Notes under the pieces: model-generated
Told to the model about the DNA's origin: nothing
Databases searched by the model: none
Seen by the model: the letters and a program-made list of their open reading frames with translations, nothing else
IMG/VR virus record: IMGVR_UViG_3300027754_005987
Span: 1 to 64,000 of that record
DNA: 64,000 nt
Source of the DNA: a virus
Direction: 5' to 3' (one strand)
Program-made: the position numbers and the translations under genes
Shown here: in pieces, positions 28,455 through 36,547 of the stretch
Numbering within the stretch: position 1 is the stretch's first letter
Layout of the letters: each line of letters begins with the position of its first letter

Positions 28455-28610
28455 ATGATAAAATATTGTTTAACACTTAAAAATGGTGCTATCGTACATA
28501 CCATTTTAGCGAATAGTTTTGAAGAGGCTATTAACTTTTTTTGCGCTAAAAAAAAATTTGACAGATATGTTTTATTGCATTTATTTGATGTAGTAAAATA
28601 TGATAAATAA
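28455..28610 (+). CDS. small hypothetical protein (51 aa)
   Basis: MIKYCLTLKNG...SFEEAINFF..KKK; late motif at 28432; not in ORF track. Confidence 0.55.
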   Translation: MIKYCLTLKNGAIVHTILANSFEEAINFFCAKKKFDRYVLLHLFDVVKYDK

Positions 28611-28690
28611 TTTTTTAATTTCAATAAACTTTTTAAGTTTTCTTGCATATTTATTAATAAGATAATAATATTTTCTTTAAACTTTAAATT

Positions 28691-28912
28691 ATGTCAAACG
28701 TAAACAAAATAGCAAAAAAAACAGTTAAAATCACAGAAAATGACCTTGTTGATTTAATAGATAACATTGTAAATGAAGCTGTAGCTGCTAAAAAAACTCA
28801 ATGGTTAGCTGAACAACAAAAAAAAGAAGCTAACAAAACTGCTTTGTTAGAAAGCAAAATTGCGGCTTTAGAGTCTAAGTTTAAAACTTTGCTTGAAGGT
28901 AAAAAGAAGTAA
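28691..28912 (+). CDS. small coiled-coil protein, possible head component
   Basis: VKITENDL...IVNE...LLE motifs; late motif at 28647; hairpin terminator at about 28934-28969. Confidence 0.7.
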   Translation: MSNVNKIAKKTVKITENDLVDLIDNIVNEAVAAKKTQWLAEQQKKEANKTALLESKIAALESKFKTLLEGKKK

Positions 28913-28985
28913 TTAATTACAACAAAAAATACTAATAACTAGGATGGTTTTTTAATCTTCCTAGTTATTCTATTTTATAAACTTA

Positions 28986-29300
28986 TCATTTACCATTTTT
29001 AAGTCGTTTAAGATACGATTCAAACCCTGTATCTCCAGACATAAACCATTCTAATTCTTTTGCTCTAAAAGCAACGTTTTTAAGGGTTTCTGTTAGTGAT
29101 TTTATTTCACGTAATATTTCCTCTTTTTGTTCTGGTGTCGCACCATCAAAGTAGTCATATTCTTTCATTGGTGTTTTGCCAAACCATTCTACAGACCAGT
29201 CTTCACCCATGTACTTACCGTCATTTTCAAATTCTCTTTCAATTTCTTCAGCCAAATATTCAATTTGACTATATTTATAATCGTAATGTCCTCCACTCAT
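28986..29300 (-). CDS. phage hypothetical protein (MSGG.YDY...SGD family)
   Basis: MSGGHYDY start, LEWFMSGDTG..SY. Confidence 0.75.
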   Translation of the reverse strand: MSGGHYDYKYSQIEYLAEEIEREFENDGKYMGEDWSVEWFGKTPMKEYDYFDGATPEQKEEILREIKSLTETLKNVAFRAKELEWFMSGDTGFESYLKRLKNGK

Positions 29301-29353
29301 AGTAATATTTTTTAACAAAATTACTAAAAAAAATTTGGAAAGACAAATGTTTT

Positions 29354-30043
29354 ATGGAAATTTTAATAGAAAAATTAGTTAGAGACACAGAACCATTAGT
29401 GTCAAATGTTGAATCAGACGAATTTATAAAAGCTAGTGAAGCTGCTTTTGATTGCACATTCGATGGTACATCAAGATTTTACCCATGGGGAATGCCATCA
29501 AAATTACCTAGAGATTTTAAGATAGGTGTAATTGTAGGTTCTTCAGGTAGTGGTAAGAGTACCATACTTAAAAATTTTGGTGTTGAGGATACACCAATAT
29601 GGAATCCAAACAAATCAGTAATATCACATTTTGATAATCCAGAAGATGGAATCAATAGATTAAGTTCAGTTGGATTTAATTCAATACCATCATGGTATAA
29701 ACCTTACCATGTATTATCCAATGGTGAGAAATTTAGAGCCGATTTAGCTCGCAAATTAAAATCAAATATAGTAATTGATGAATATACCTCAGTAGTGGAT
29801 AGAACAGTCGCTAAATCAGCTTCAGTTGCTTTATCTAGGTATATAAGAAATAATAATCTACAGAACATTGTAATATCCACATGTCATATGGATATTGTGG
29901 ATTGGTTAGAACCAGATTGGGTTATTAATACGGACACAGGTGAACTGTTGGACGGTTTTTTTTTGTCCGACCAAAAATCAATATCGAAATATATCGCACA
30001 ACAAATGATAGTTGGCGAATGTTTAAAGACCATCACTACCTAA
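29354..30043 (+). CDS. ABC-type ATPase (N-terminal part of probable ATPase-GNAT fusion)
   Basis: GSSGSGKS, LSNGEK, VIDE, STCH. Confidence 0.85.
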   Translation: MEILIEKLVRDTEPLVSNVESDEFIKASEAAFDCTFDGTSRFYPWGMPSKLPRDFKIGVIVGSSGSGKSTILKNFGVEDTPIWNPNKSVISHFDNPEDGINRLSSVGFNSIPSWYKPYHVLSNGEKFRADLARKLKSNIVIDEYTSVVDRTVAKSASVALSRYIRNNNLQNIVISTCHMDIVDWLEPDWVINTDTGELLDGFFLSDQKSISKYIAQQMIVGECLKTITT

Positions 30044-30429
30044 GTGAAAATCTAAATAAAGCAGCCAGACATTATATAGCTATTTGGGATAATCAAGTTG
30101 TTGGTTATCTAGCTTCTATAACTATGCCTAGTGGTACGTTAAAGAATGCGTGGAGAGGCCATAGAGTTGTTATATTACCAGATTTTCAAGGTATGGGTAT
30201 TGGTGTTAGATTTATAGAAGCTGTGGCTCAAATACATTTAGATGAAGGTCATAGATTTTTTTCTAGAAGTCCACATCCTAGAATGCATTTGTATATGGAT
30301 GCATCACCATTATGGAGACCAACTAGCAAGAATAAAAAATTAAGAAAAGATGTATCTGACTCTAATACCTATAAAAATCATGTTTATGATAATAAAAGAT
30401 TATGTTATAGTTACGAATATATTGGTTAG
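30019..30429 (+). CDS. GNAT acetyltransferase (probably reached by -1 frameshift at 29956-29964)
   Basis: FKDHHYL, RVVILPDFQGMGIG acetyl-CoA motif; frame open upstream to the T9 run. Confidence 0.85.
   Translation: MFKDHHYLSENLNKAARHYIAIWDNQVVGYLASITMPSGTLKNAWRGHRVVILPDFQGMGIGVRFIEAVAQIHLDEGHRFFSRSPHPRMHLYMDASPLWRPTSKNKKLRKDVSDSNTYKNHVYDNKRLCYSYEYIG
30365..30425 (+). repeat. 61-bp direct repeat, copy 1 (3' end of GNAT gene)
   Basis: 58/61 identical to 32620-32680. Confidence 0.9.
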
Positions 30430-30475
30430 TTTTTTTATAAAAATAAAATATTTATATTATATATAATTAATTTTT

Positions 30476-31612
30476 ATGAGGAAATTTATAAAAGAAACAC
30501 TTAGAGCAAATTTATTAAGTGAAGCTAGATTAAAATTATTACCAGATGAGATGGAACTTTTAAATTCATTGGTCCCTAAATATGTTGAAATTTTTAAAAA
30601 TAGTAACATAAATGATTTTAAAAATGGCAATGATAAAAATCTGGGAACATTTAATTATAAAATGGCTAATGGTGAAGATGCAGTGATTAGTTTTTTTGTT
30701 TCTTATCGTGAAAATAACAACATTAAAGGTTGGTTTAACTCTAATGATAGAAACAATTTAAAAGACCAAATTATTGCATTGAATATTAATTATTATTCAC
30801 CAGCATTTAGTCCGATGTTATCTAAAGTGTTCAATACGATAACTGGTATGGATGGTTCAGAGGAAATTAGAGAAACACTTTACCATGAAATGATACACGC
30901 AAAAGACCCAGCAAGAAATAATCATTTCTTAAAGGAGCCATATGATTCATCTAAAGCTCAACTTTATTACAGTACTTGGGCTGAGTTTGTAACGATGACT
31001 GGTCAATTTATGGAAGCTATTATAAATAAAGTTAATGATAATATAAATGATATATTAAAAGATAAAAGTCTGACCAAAGAAAAATATGATAAAAAAATTA
31101 CTAATATTGGTAATATTTTACAAAACATTTTAGATTTTTATTCTGGTCAAAAAACTTTAAGTAACGAAACTAAATATTTTATTGAAGGAACTAAAGGTAA
31201 TGCAATCCAAAACTTTATGAGAAAAGTAACTCAATTTGGTGAAGAATTATTTGATATGGAGCTAACAGGTTACCAATTAAACCATTTCATTGCTTCTTTA
31301 AATATGATAAAAAAATATAATCCAGAAGGTTGGAAAGAATTTCATAAAGATTTATATTTAACAATTCAAGAATGTGTTGATAAGATAAATAAAATAACAC
31401 CTGATGTTTATCTTAAAATTACCACAAAAACAACCCCAATGATAGCTGATGGCGAAACTCTAACTAGAGATGAGTATATACTAGTTAAGGCAAAATACGT
31501 AAAAAAAATTAAAGAAAAAACAAAAGAATTACTTAAAACAGCACCTAAAATTGCTGCTGGTGGGACTGGTAGTTTACAAAAAATGCAAGACAAAGCTGAT
31601 AATAGATATTAA
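30476..31612 (+). CDS. leader-tagged zincin-like protein
   Basis: MRKFIKETLRANLLSE leader; LYHEMIHAKD (HExxH)...YY...AE. Confidence 0.7.
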   Translation: MRKFIKETLRANLLSEARLKLLPDEMELLNSLVPKYVEIFKNSNINDFKNGNDKNLGTFNYKMANGEDAVISFFVSYRENNNIKGWFNSNDRNNLKDQIIALNINYYSPAFSPMLSKVFNTITGMDGSEEIRETLYHEMIHAKDPARNNHFLKEPYDSSKAQLYYSTWAEFVTMTGQFMEAIINKVNDNINDILKDKSLTKEKYDKKITNIGNILQNILDFYSGQKTLSNETKYFIEGTKGNAIQNFMRKVTQFGEELFDMELTGYQLNHFIASLNMIKKYNPEGWKEFHKDLYLTIQECVDKINKITPDVYLKITTKTTPMIADGETLTRDEYILVKAKYVKKIKEKTKELLKTAPKIAAGGTGSLQKMQDKADNRY

Positions 31613-31622
31613 TTAAAATAAA

Positions 31623-32555
31623 ATGAGAAAATTTGATAAAATAAAAAACATACAAAAAGCAAATTTAATAAACGAACGTTTATATTTGACTAAAAAAAAT
31701 CCATCATATTTGATTGAAAGTATAATGGCTATAAACGAAAATGACTTTGAAAATAAAAATTTAGTAAATAAATGGTTATTTGAATCAATGATTGAAAATG
31801 ACTTATCTTTAGATGGTGTTATAAATGAAAATATTTTAGATATAAATGAAGATGGTAAACTTTTAAATGAATCAATCGTTGTGAGTTCAATATTGGCCAG
31901 TGGTAAACTATTAGATGTTATTGGTGTATTATTTAAAAAAGCATATAATTATTTTGTTAGTAAAGGTTGGATTAAAGGAAATCAAATTGAAAAAACAGTG
32001 TTAGAAAAAGCTGGTGAATGGATTAATGAACATATTGTTATGGGTATATTCAAAGCTATAGCCACAACATTATTGGGTGTTATTGCAGGGTTTATTGGTG
32101 TTGTTTCAGCTTTTTCTAAAGGAAACACAGATGTTGTTAATAAAATTGTTACTGAAGAAAATATTAAATCTTTAGCCGTAACATTATTTTATGCTGCTAT
32201 TGTTATAGTTGGGGCCCAAGGATTAATGGCTGTTGCACATAGTATTGCACAGGCTACACATATGTTACATGGTGTTGTTGAATCCGTTACTACTGGTACT
32301 AAAATTTATGAACTTATTTTATTAGTTTTGGCTTTTTATTCTACTTTATACATTGAACCGTATAAACCTTTTAGAAATAGAATACCAGATTTGGCACATG
32401 CTTATGGTGAATGTTTAGAAGGTGATAAAAACGTATATAACGTAATCAAATCATTCCCTAAAACAGTTAAAGGTGGTAATACAACTCAAATTGAATGTAT
32501 TAACCATCATTTAAATATTCATGGTACTAAACATGGTGGTACACAACATACCTAA
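31623..32555 (+). CDS. leader-type membrane protein
   Basis: Multiple I/L-x-E motifs in N-terminal ~80 aa, then 2-3 hydrophobic helices. Confidence 0.7.
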   Translation: MRKFDKIKNIQKANLINERLYLTKKNPSYLIESIMAINENDFENKNLVNKWLFESMIENDLSLDGVINENILDINEDGKLLNESIVVSSILASGKLLDVIGVLFKKAYNYFVSKGWIKGNQIEKTVLEKAGEWINEHIVMGIFKAIATTLLGVIAGFIGVVSAFSKGNTDVVNKIVTEENIKSLAVTLFYAAIVIVGAQGLMAVAHSIAQATHMLHGVVESVTTGTKIYELILLVLAFYSTLYIEPYKPFRNRIPDLAHAYGECLEGDKNVYNVIKSFPKTVKGGNTTQIECINHHLNIHGTKHGGTQHT

Positions 32556-32557
32556 AT

Positions 32558-32585
32558 AAAAAAACCTAGTATACTAGGTTTTTTT
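32558..32585 (+). terminator. intrinsic terminator
   Basis: AAAAAACCTAGTATACTAGGTTTTTT palindrome. Confidence 0.8.
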
Positions 32586-32619
32586 ATTTTTCTGTTATAG
32601 TTTTTTTACAATAAAGGTG

Positions 32620-32680
32620 ATACCTATAAAAATCATATTTACGATAATAAAAGATTATGTTATAGTTACGAATATATAGG
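32620..32680 (+). repeat. 61-bp direct repeat, copy 2 (orphan GNAT 3' end)
   Basis: Encodes TYKNHIYDNKRLCYSYEYIG but is not part of any gene here. Confidence 0.9.
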
Positions 32681-32685
32681 ACAAA

Positions 32686-33753
32686 CTATTTTTTAAATCT
32701 ATCAAAATATTCAACAAATATATCATGGTCAACAGCTACTGATATTCTACTAAAATTATTATCAGTAACCAACCCATTTGTTGAGAACTTGCCTAAAGGA
32801 ACACTTGATATCTTATATTTCAATAACTCATTTTGAGTTAAATTAACAATAGCAAATGGACCTATTGGTAGTTTGGGATACTTATCGAATAATAACCCAT
32901 TAGCGTTAAGATAATCTATATTATTTTTGATATGTGTCTTGGTTGTTTCTCTATAATCTTTTACGATAGTCTTTTCGTTTAATAAATTATCTATTATAAC
33001 TTGTGGTATCGTAGAGATAGAATTATATTTATAAAGAGACCTAATTTTAAGTGTCTTATATAATGATTCATTTTTTGTAGCGATATAACCCACCCTATAT
33101 CCAGATAAACCAATTGATTTAGAGAATGAAGATAATACAATAACATTATCATAAAAATAATCTGATAATTTATCATCCGAATCATTGAATAAATAATAAT
33201 ACGGTAAATCTAATATAACAGTAATCTTATTTGTGTAAGCGTATAATAAGAATTTCTTAATATCTTCTAAACTAGGGCAATAACCTGTTGGGTTTGATGG
33301 GAAACATAACATAACAACACCAATAACTGGTTTAAATTTGATTAGATTAAAATCATCAAATGTTTTAATCCATTTATCATGTATCTTAAGAATTTTATTC
33401 CATGAACCCCAATGATAATTTGGTACCCATATATTTGTATCTGATAAGGAGTTTATTATAAGGTCTAGCGATGCCATACCTCCTGGGGTCATTATTAATT
33501 TATGGTTGATTAAATTAAATTCTTTTTTAATTGTATTAACCAATGGGTCATACCCATCATTACCAGAATATTGTTGAAGGGTTTTATTATTAAATGATAG
33601 ATTAGCAACTTTATCAACATCAATGGTAGTAACATCCATTACACCTCTATGTAGTTTAAGATACTTATCACCTGTTTCAATTTCTAATTTATTTATTTCT
33701 TCACCAATAGCAACTATTGATGAGTAGGTAACATTTGGTTCGTTTATATTCAT
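32686..33753 (-). CDS. PLP-dependent aminotransferase class I/II
   Basis: PSNPTG, ILD..Y, SFSKSIGLSGYRVGY (PLP lysine), RIS. Confidence 0.88.
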   Translation of the reverse strand: MNINEPNVTYSSIVAIGEEINKLEIETGDKYLKLHRGVMDVTTIDVDKVANLSFNNKTLQQYSGNDGYDPLVNTIKKEFNLINHKLIMTPGGMASLDLIINSLSDTNIWVPNYHWGSWNKILKIHDKWIKTFDDFNLIKFKPVIGVVMLCFPSNPTGYCPSLEDIKKFLLYAYTNKITVILDLPYYYLFNDSDDKLSDYFYDNVIVLSSFSKSIGLSGYRVGYIATKNESLYKTLKIRSLYKYNSISTIPQVIIDNLLNEKTIVKDYRETTKTHIKNNIDYLNANGLLFDKYPKLPIGPFAIVNLTQNELLKYKISSVPLGKFSTNGLVTDNNFSRISVAVDHDIFVEYFDRFKK

Positions 33754-33810
33754 TGTTAGTATTTTATACAAATATATGTGTAAAAATAATAAAAAGCAAA
33801 TTTTAATTAA

Positions 33811-35196
33811 TTATCTAGATTCAAATCTAAATAAAGCTATTGTTACATATGTTCCATCTTGTTTTTGGAATGTATGATGTTTAAGTTGAACTTGTCCTTT
33901 TTTAAATTGATTAAGACCTTTTTTTTTCATATATCTTCCAGCAGCATCAGCAAAAGCTGCGTCCCAAGAAAAACCATGGTTTTGTGATTGACCAATACCG
34001 TATTGAACATCATCTTTTTTAGATTCTTCTTCAAACTCATTTTTTATATCATCAAATGAATAATTTCTACTACCAATATTTTTTAATTCAGTTTTATCTT
34101 TTATATTTGATGCAGTTTGTTTTAAATCATCTTTAAATTGAGCTAGTTTCTCACCTGCCCCAGTTTTAAGTTGAGCTAATGTCTCACCTGCTCCAGTTTT
34201 AAGTTGACTTATTTTATCTTTAAATTTATCTTGAGCAATTGCATCTTTACCGCCAAATAAACTACTAGCAGCTAAACCAACACCAGCAGCGATATTAGCA
34301 AATTTACCTTCACCAATATTTTCTAATTCTTCTCTTAAAAGTTTTTTAACTAATATTCTAGACTCATTTGTTTTATTTTTTTTGCTCCAGTATTTTTCAG
34401 CAGCTTTTTCCATCTTATCTAATCTATCATAATAATCTGGAAATTCAGAAACATGGTCCATAGCAATTTCATTCTGTTTTTCCTCATCACTAGTATGTTC
34501 TGATTCAATTTTTTCACCTTTTTTTATTTGTGATTTTAAATCTTTAACAGGTACATCAAATTTTTTAGCAATATCTTTTATGGTTAACTTATCAGATTTA
34601 CCACCTTTTAATTTGTTCTCGTTAAGTGTTTTAGTTTTCATAAATTCTTCAAATCCTTTTTTATCGTTATCGCTGTTTAGTATATAAAACTTACTTCCGT
34701 TTTTAGCAACTAGTTCATCAGAAGCACCAGTTTTTTTAACGTATAAATAATCATATTTATTAAACACTTGTTCATCATTATATTTGTTTATTTCGTGTTG
34801 TCTTGGCGCTACTCTATCTTCTTTAGGTATATCTGAATGGTTATATTCATTAACCGCTAAATAATAATCATATTTATCATCAAAAACTTTAACATTTGAA
34901 AAGTCTAATAAAACAACATAAACTTTTCCTTTTTTATCTTCTGCATATTTTTTAGAATAATCAAAGTTTTTGGTCAAATAAACACCAGCACCTAATTTGA
35001 AAATACTGTTTGGGTTAAATTGTTCAAATTCTTCTTTACCTATTTCATCACCTCTATAAAAAAAAGATGGATTCTTATAGTTTAACTTTTCTTTTATTAA
35101 AAATCTTATGTAATTAATATAATCATCAATTGTCCCAATATCTTCAAAAGTAAAATTACTGTAGACACCACCAAAATCTATTAAATTGTTTTCCAT
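33811..35196 (-). CDS. multi-domain protein: ART-like N-terminus + EH...DH...PDYY module + signal-peptide-like C-terminal domain
   Basis: FYRG...LGAGVYLT...SKKYA...GKVY...DELV; ESEHTSD...IAMDHVSEFPDYY; internal ILVKKLLREEL. Confidence 0.65.
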   Translation of the reverse strand: MENNLIDFGGVYSNFTFEDIGTIDDYINYIRFLIKEKLNYKNPSFFYRGDEIGKEEFEQFNPNSIFKLGAGVYLTKNFDYSKKYAEDKKGKVYVVLLDFSNVKVFDDKYDYYLAVNEYNHSDIPKEDRVAPRQHEINKYNDEQVFNKYDYLYVKKTGASDELVAKNGSKFYILNSDNDKKGFEEFMKTKTLNENKLKGGKSDKLTIKDIAKKFDVPVKDLKSQIKKGEKIESEHTSDEEKQNEIAMDHVSEFPDYYDRLDKMEKAAEKYWSKKNKTNESRILVKKLLREELENIGEGKFANIAAGVGLAASSLFGGKDAIAQDKFKDKISQLKTGAGETLAQLKTGAGEKLAQFKDDLKQTASNIKDKTELKNIGSRNYSFDDIKNEFEEESKKDDVQYGIGQSQNHGFSWDAAFADAAGRYMKKKGLNQFKKGQVQLKHHTFQKQDGTYVTIALFRFESR

Positions 35197-35202
35197 TATT
35201 TA

Positions 35203-36057
35203 TTATACTTTTTTACGTAATTTAACTGACCATTCAACAGTTTTTATTATTGGTGCTAAAATCTGACTTATTAAATTTATTATATCAATGGCGGTAAACA
35301 CACCGCCAATAGCGATATCAACACCTATGTCTGTAAACCAAGATAATATTGGTTTAATATCTAACGATGATACTAGGTTTTTTAACTCTTTAAAACTATT
35401 TAAAATATCAGAAACGCTACCAATTATATTTGTGTTTTTGGATATAAAGTCAACACCTTTTTCCATCATGTTTCTTATAAATGTTTTTTCTAAATAAACC
35501 AACAATGTGGTAAAGGCTAATATCATAAGAAAACCAGCCCATCCAGTATTTGATGATAAGTTTTTAGAAACATTCTCAACATGTTCAATAAGTTTTGAAA
35601 ATTTATCATTAAAACCATCTGAACTAACTTTTAGTTTATCTAATATTTTATTGGTGGCATCTTTTATGGTTGCCATTGTTTTTGATAAACTTTTTTTAAT
35701 AGATTCTATTGCCACTTTCATTAATTCTGAGTCCACTAATATATCCTTAAAGAATTTTGCAATATCCTTTAAACTTTTAATACTATTAACAACTTCTATC
35801 GCTTTTTCTTTAGTTTTATCGTAAGCAACGCCAATATAATTATTTATAGAACCTAATATAGATTCTATTATTATTTGTTCTTCAATAATTTGTTTCCTTA
35901 TTGATAAAGAATAATTTTCATTTATCGGTAAATCAACACCTAAAGTGTATTTAATATAATGAGGGTTATTTATTAAGATAATAGATTCTTCTGATAACAG
36001 TTTTCTTCTATCATTTAACGCTAACTCTTCTTTTAATAATGCTTTAATAGTATTCAT
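35203..36057 (-). CDS. leader-type coiled-coil/membrane protein
   Basis: MNTIKALLKEEL; GWAGFLMILAFTTLLVYL hydrophobic helix. Confidence 0.7.
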   Translation of the reverse strand: MNTIKALLKEELALNDRRKLLSEESIILINNPHYIKYTLGVDLPINENYSLSIRKQIIEEQIIIESILGSINNYIGVAYDKTKEKAIEVVNSIKSLKDIAKFFKDILVDSELMKVAIESIKKSLSKTMATIKDATNKILDKLKVSSDGFNDKFSKLIEHVENVSKNLSSNTGWAGFLMILAFTTLLVYLEKTFIRNMMEKGVDFISKNTNIIGSVSDILNSFKELKNLVSSLDIKPILSWFTDIGVDIAIGGVFTAIDIINLISQILAPIIKTVEWSVKLRKKV

Positions 36058-36059
36058 AC

Positions 36060-36497
36060 TTAATCGTATATTGAAGGGTTTAATTTACCATATTTTCTTA
36101 TTATAATACCAGCAATTGCATTGGCTTCATTTTCAAATATACTACCATCTGCACCTGGGTCTAATTCATTTTCAAATCTACCATCAAGATTTTGTTTATG
36201 ATGAACTAGTTCGTGAGCTATTGACCTGCATACATCTACGATGGCTCTATTTTTAACATATACCTTTAAACGTTTTTCATTGTTCATATAATAAGCAGTT
36301 GTTTTAAGGTCTGGCGTTCTTTCAAAAGCTAATTCAACTTTTATATCGTCATCAATATTTAAATATTCTTTTGCAAAATTAACAAAATCAGCAACTTCTC
36401 TAATATCCATATCTCCTTTGGTTAAAAGTCTTTCTCTTAACAATTGTTTAATTTTAGTTTTATTTTCTTTTAACGTATTTTTAATTTTTGGTTTCAT
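36060..36497 (-). CDS. leader-tagged zincin-like protein
   Basis: KIKQLLRERL; RSIAHELVHHKQ...ENEANA. Confidence 0.75.
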   Translation of the reverse strand: MKPKIKNTLKENKTKIKQLLRERLLTKGDMDIREVADFVNFAKEYLNIDDDIKVELAFERTPDLKTTAYYMNNEKRLKVYVKNRAIVDVCRSIAHELVHHKQNLDGRFENELDPGADGSIFENEANAIAGIIIRKYGKLNPSIYD

Positions 36498-36512
36498 ATC
36501 TTATAAATATAA

Positions 36513-36539
36513 AAAAAGCCACAAAAAAATGTGGCTTTT
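36513..36539 (-). terminator. intrinsic terminator after clpC
   Basis: AAAAGCCACA-aaaaaa-TGTGGCTTTT. Confidence 0.75.
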
Positions 36540-36547
36540 AGTTTTAA

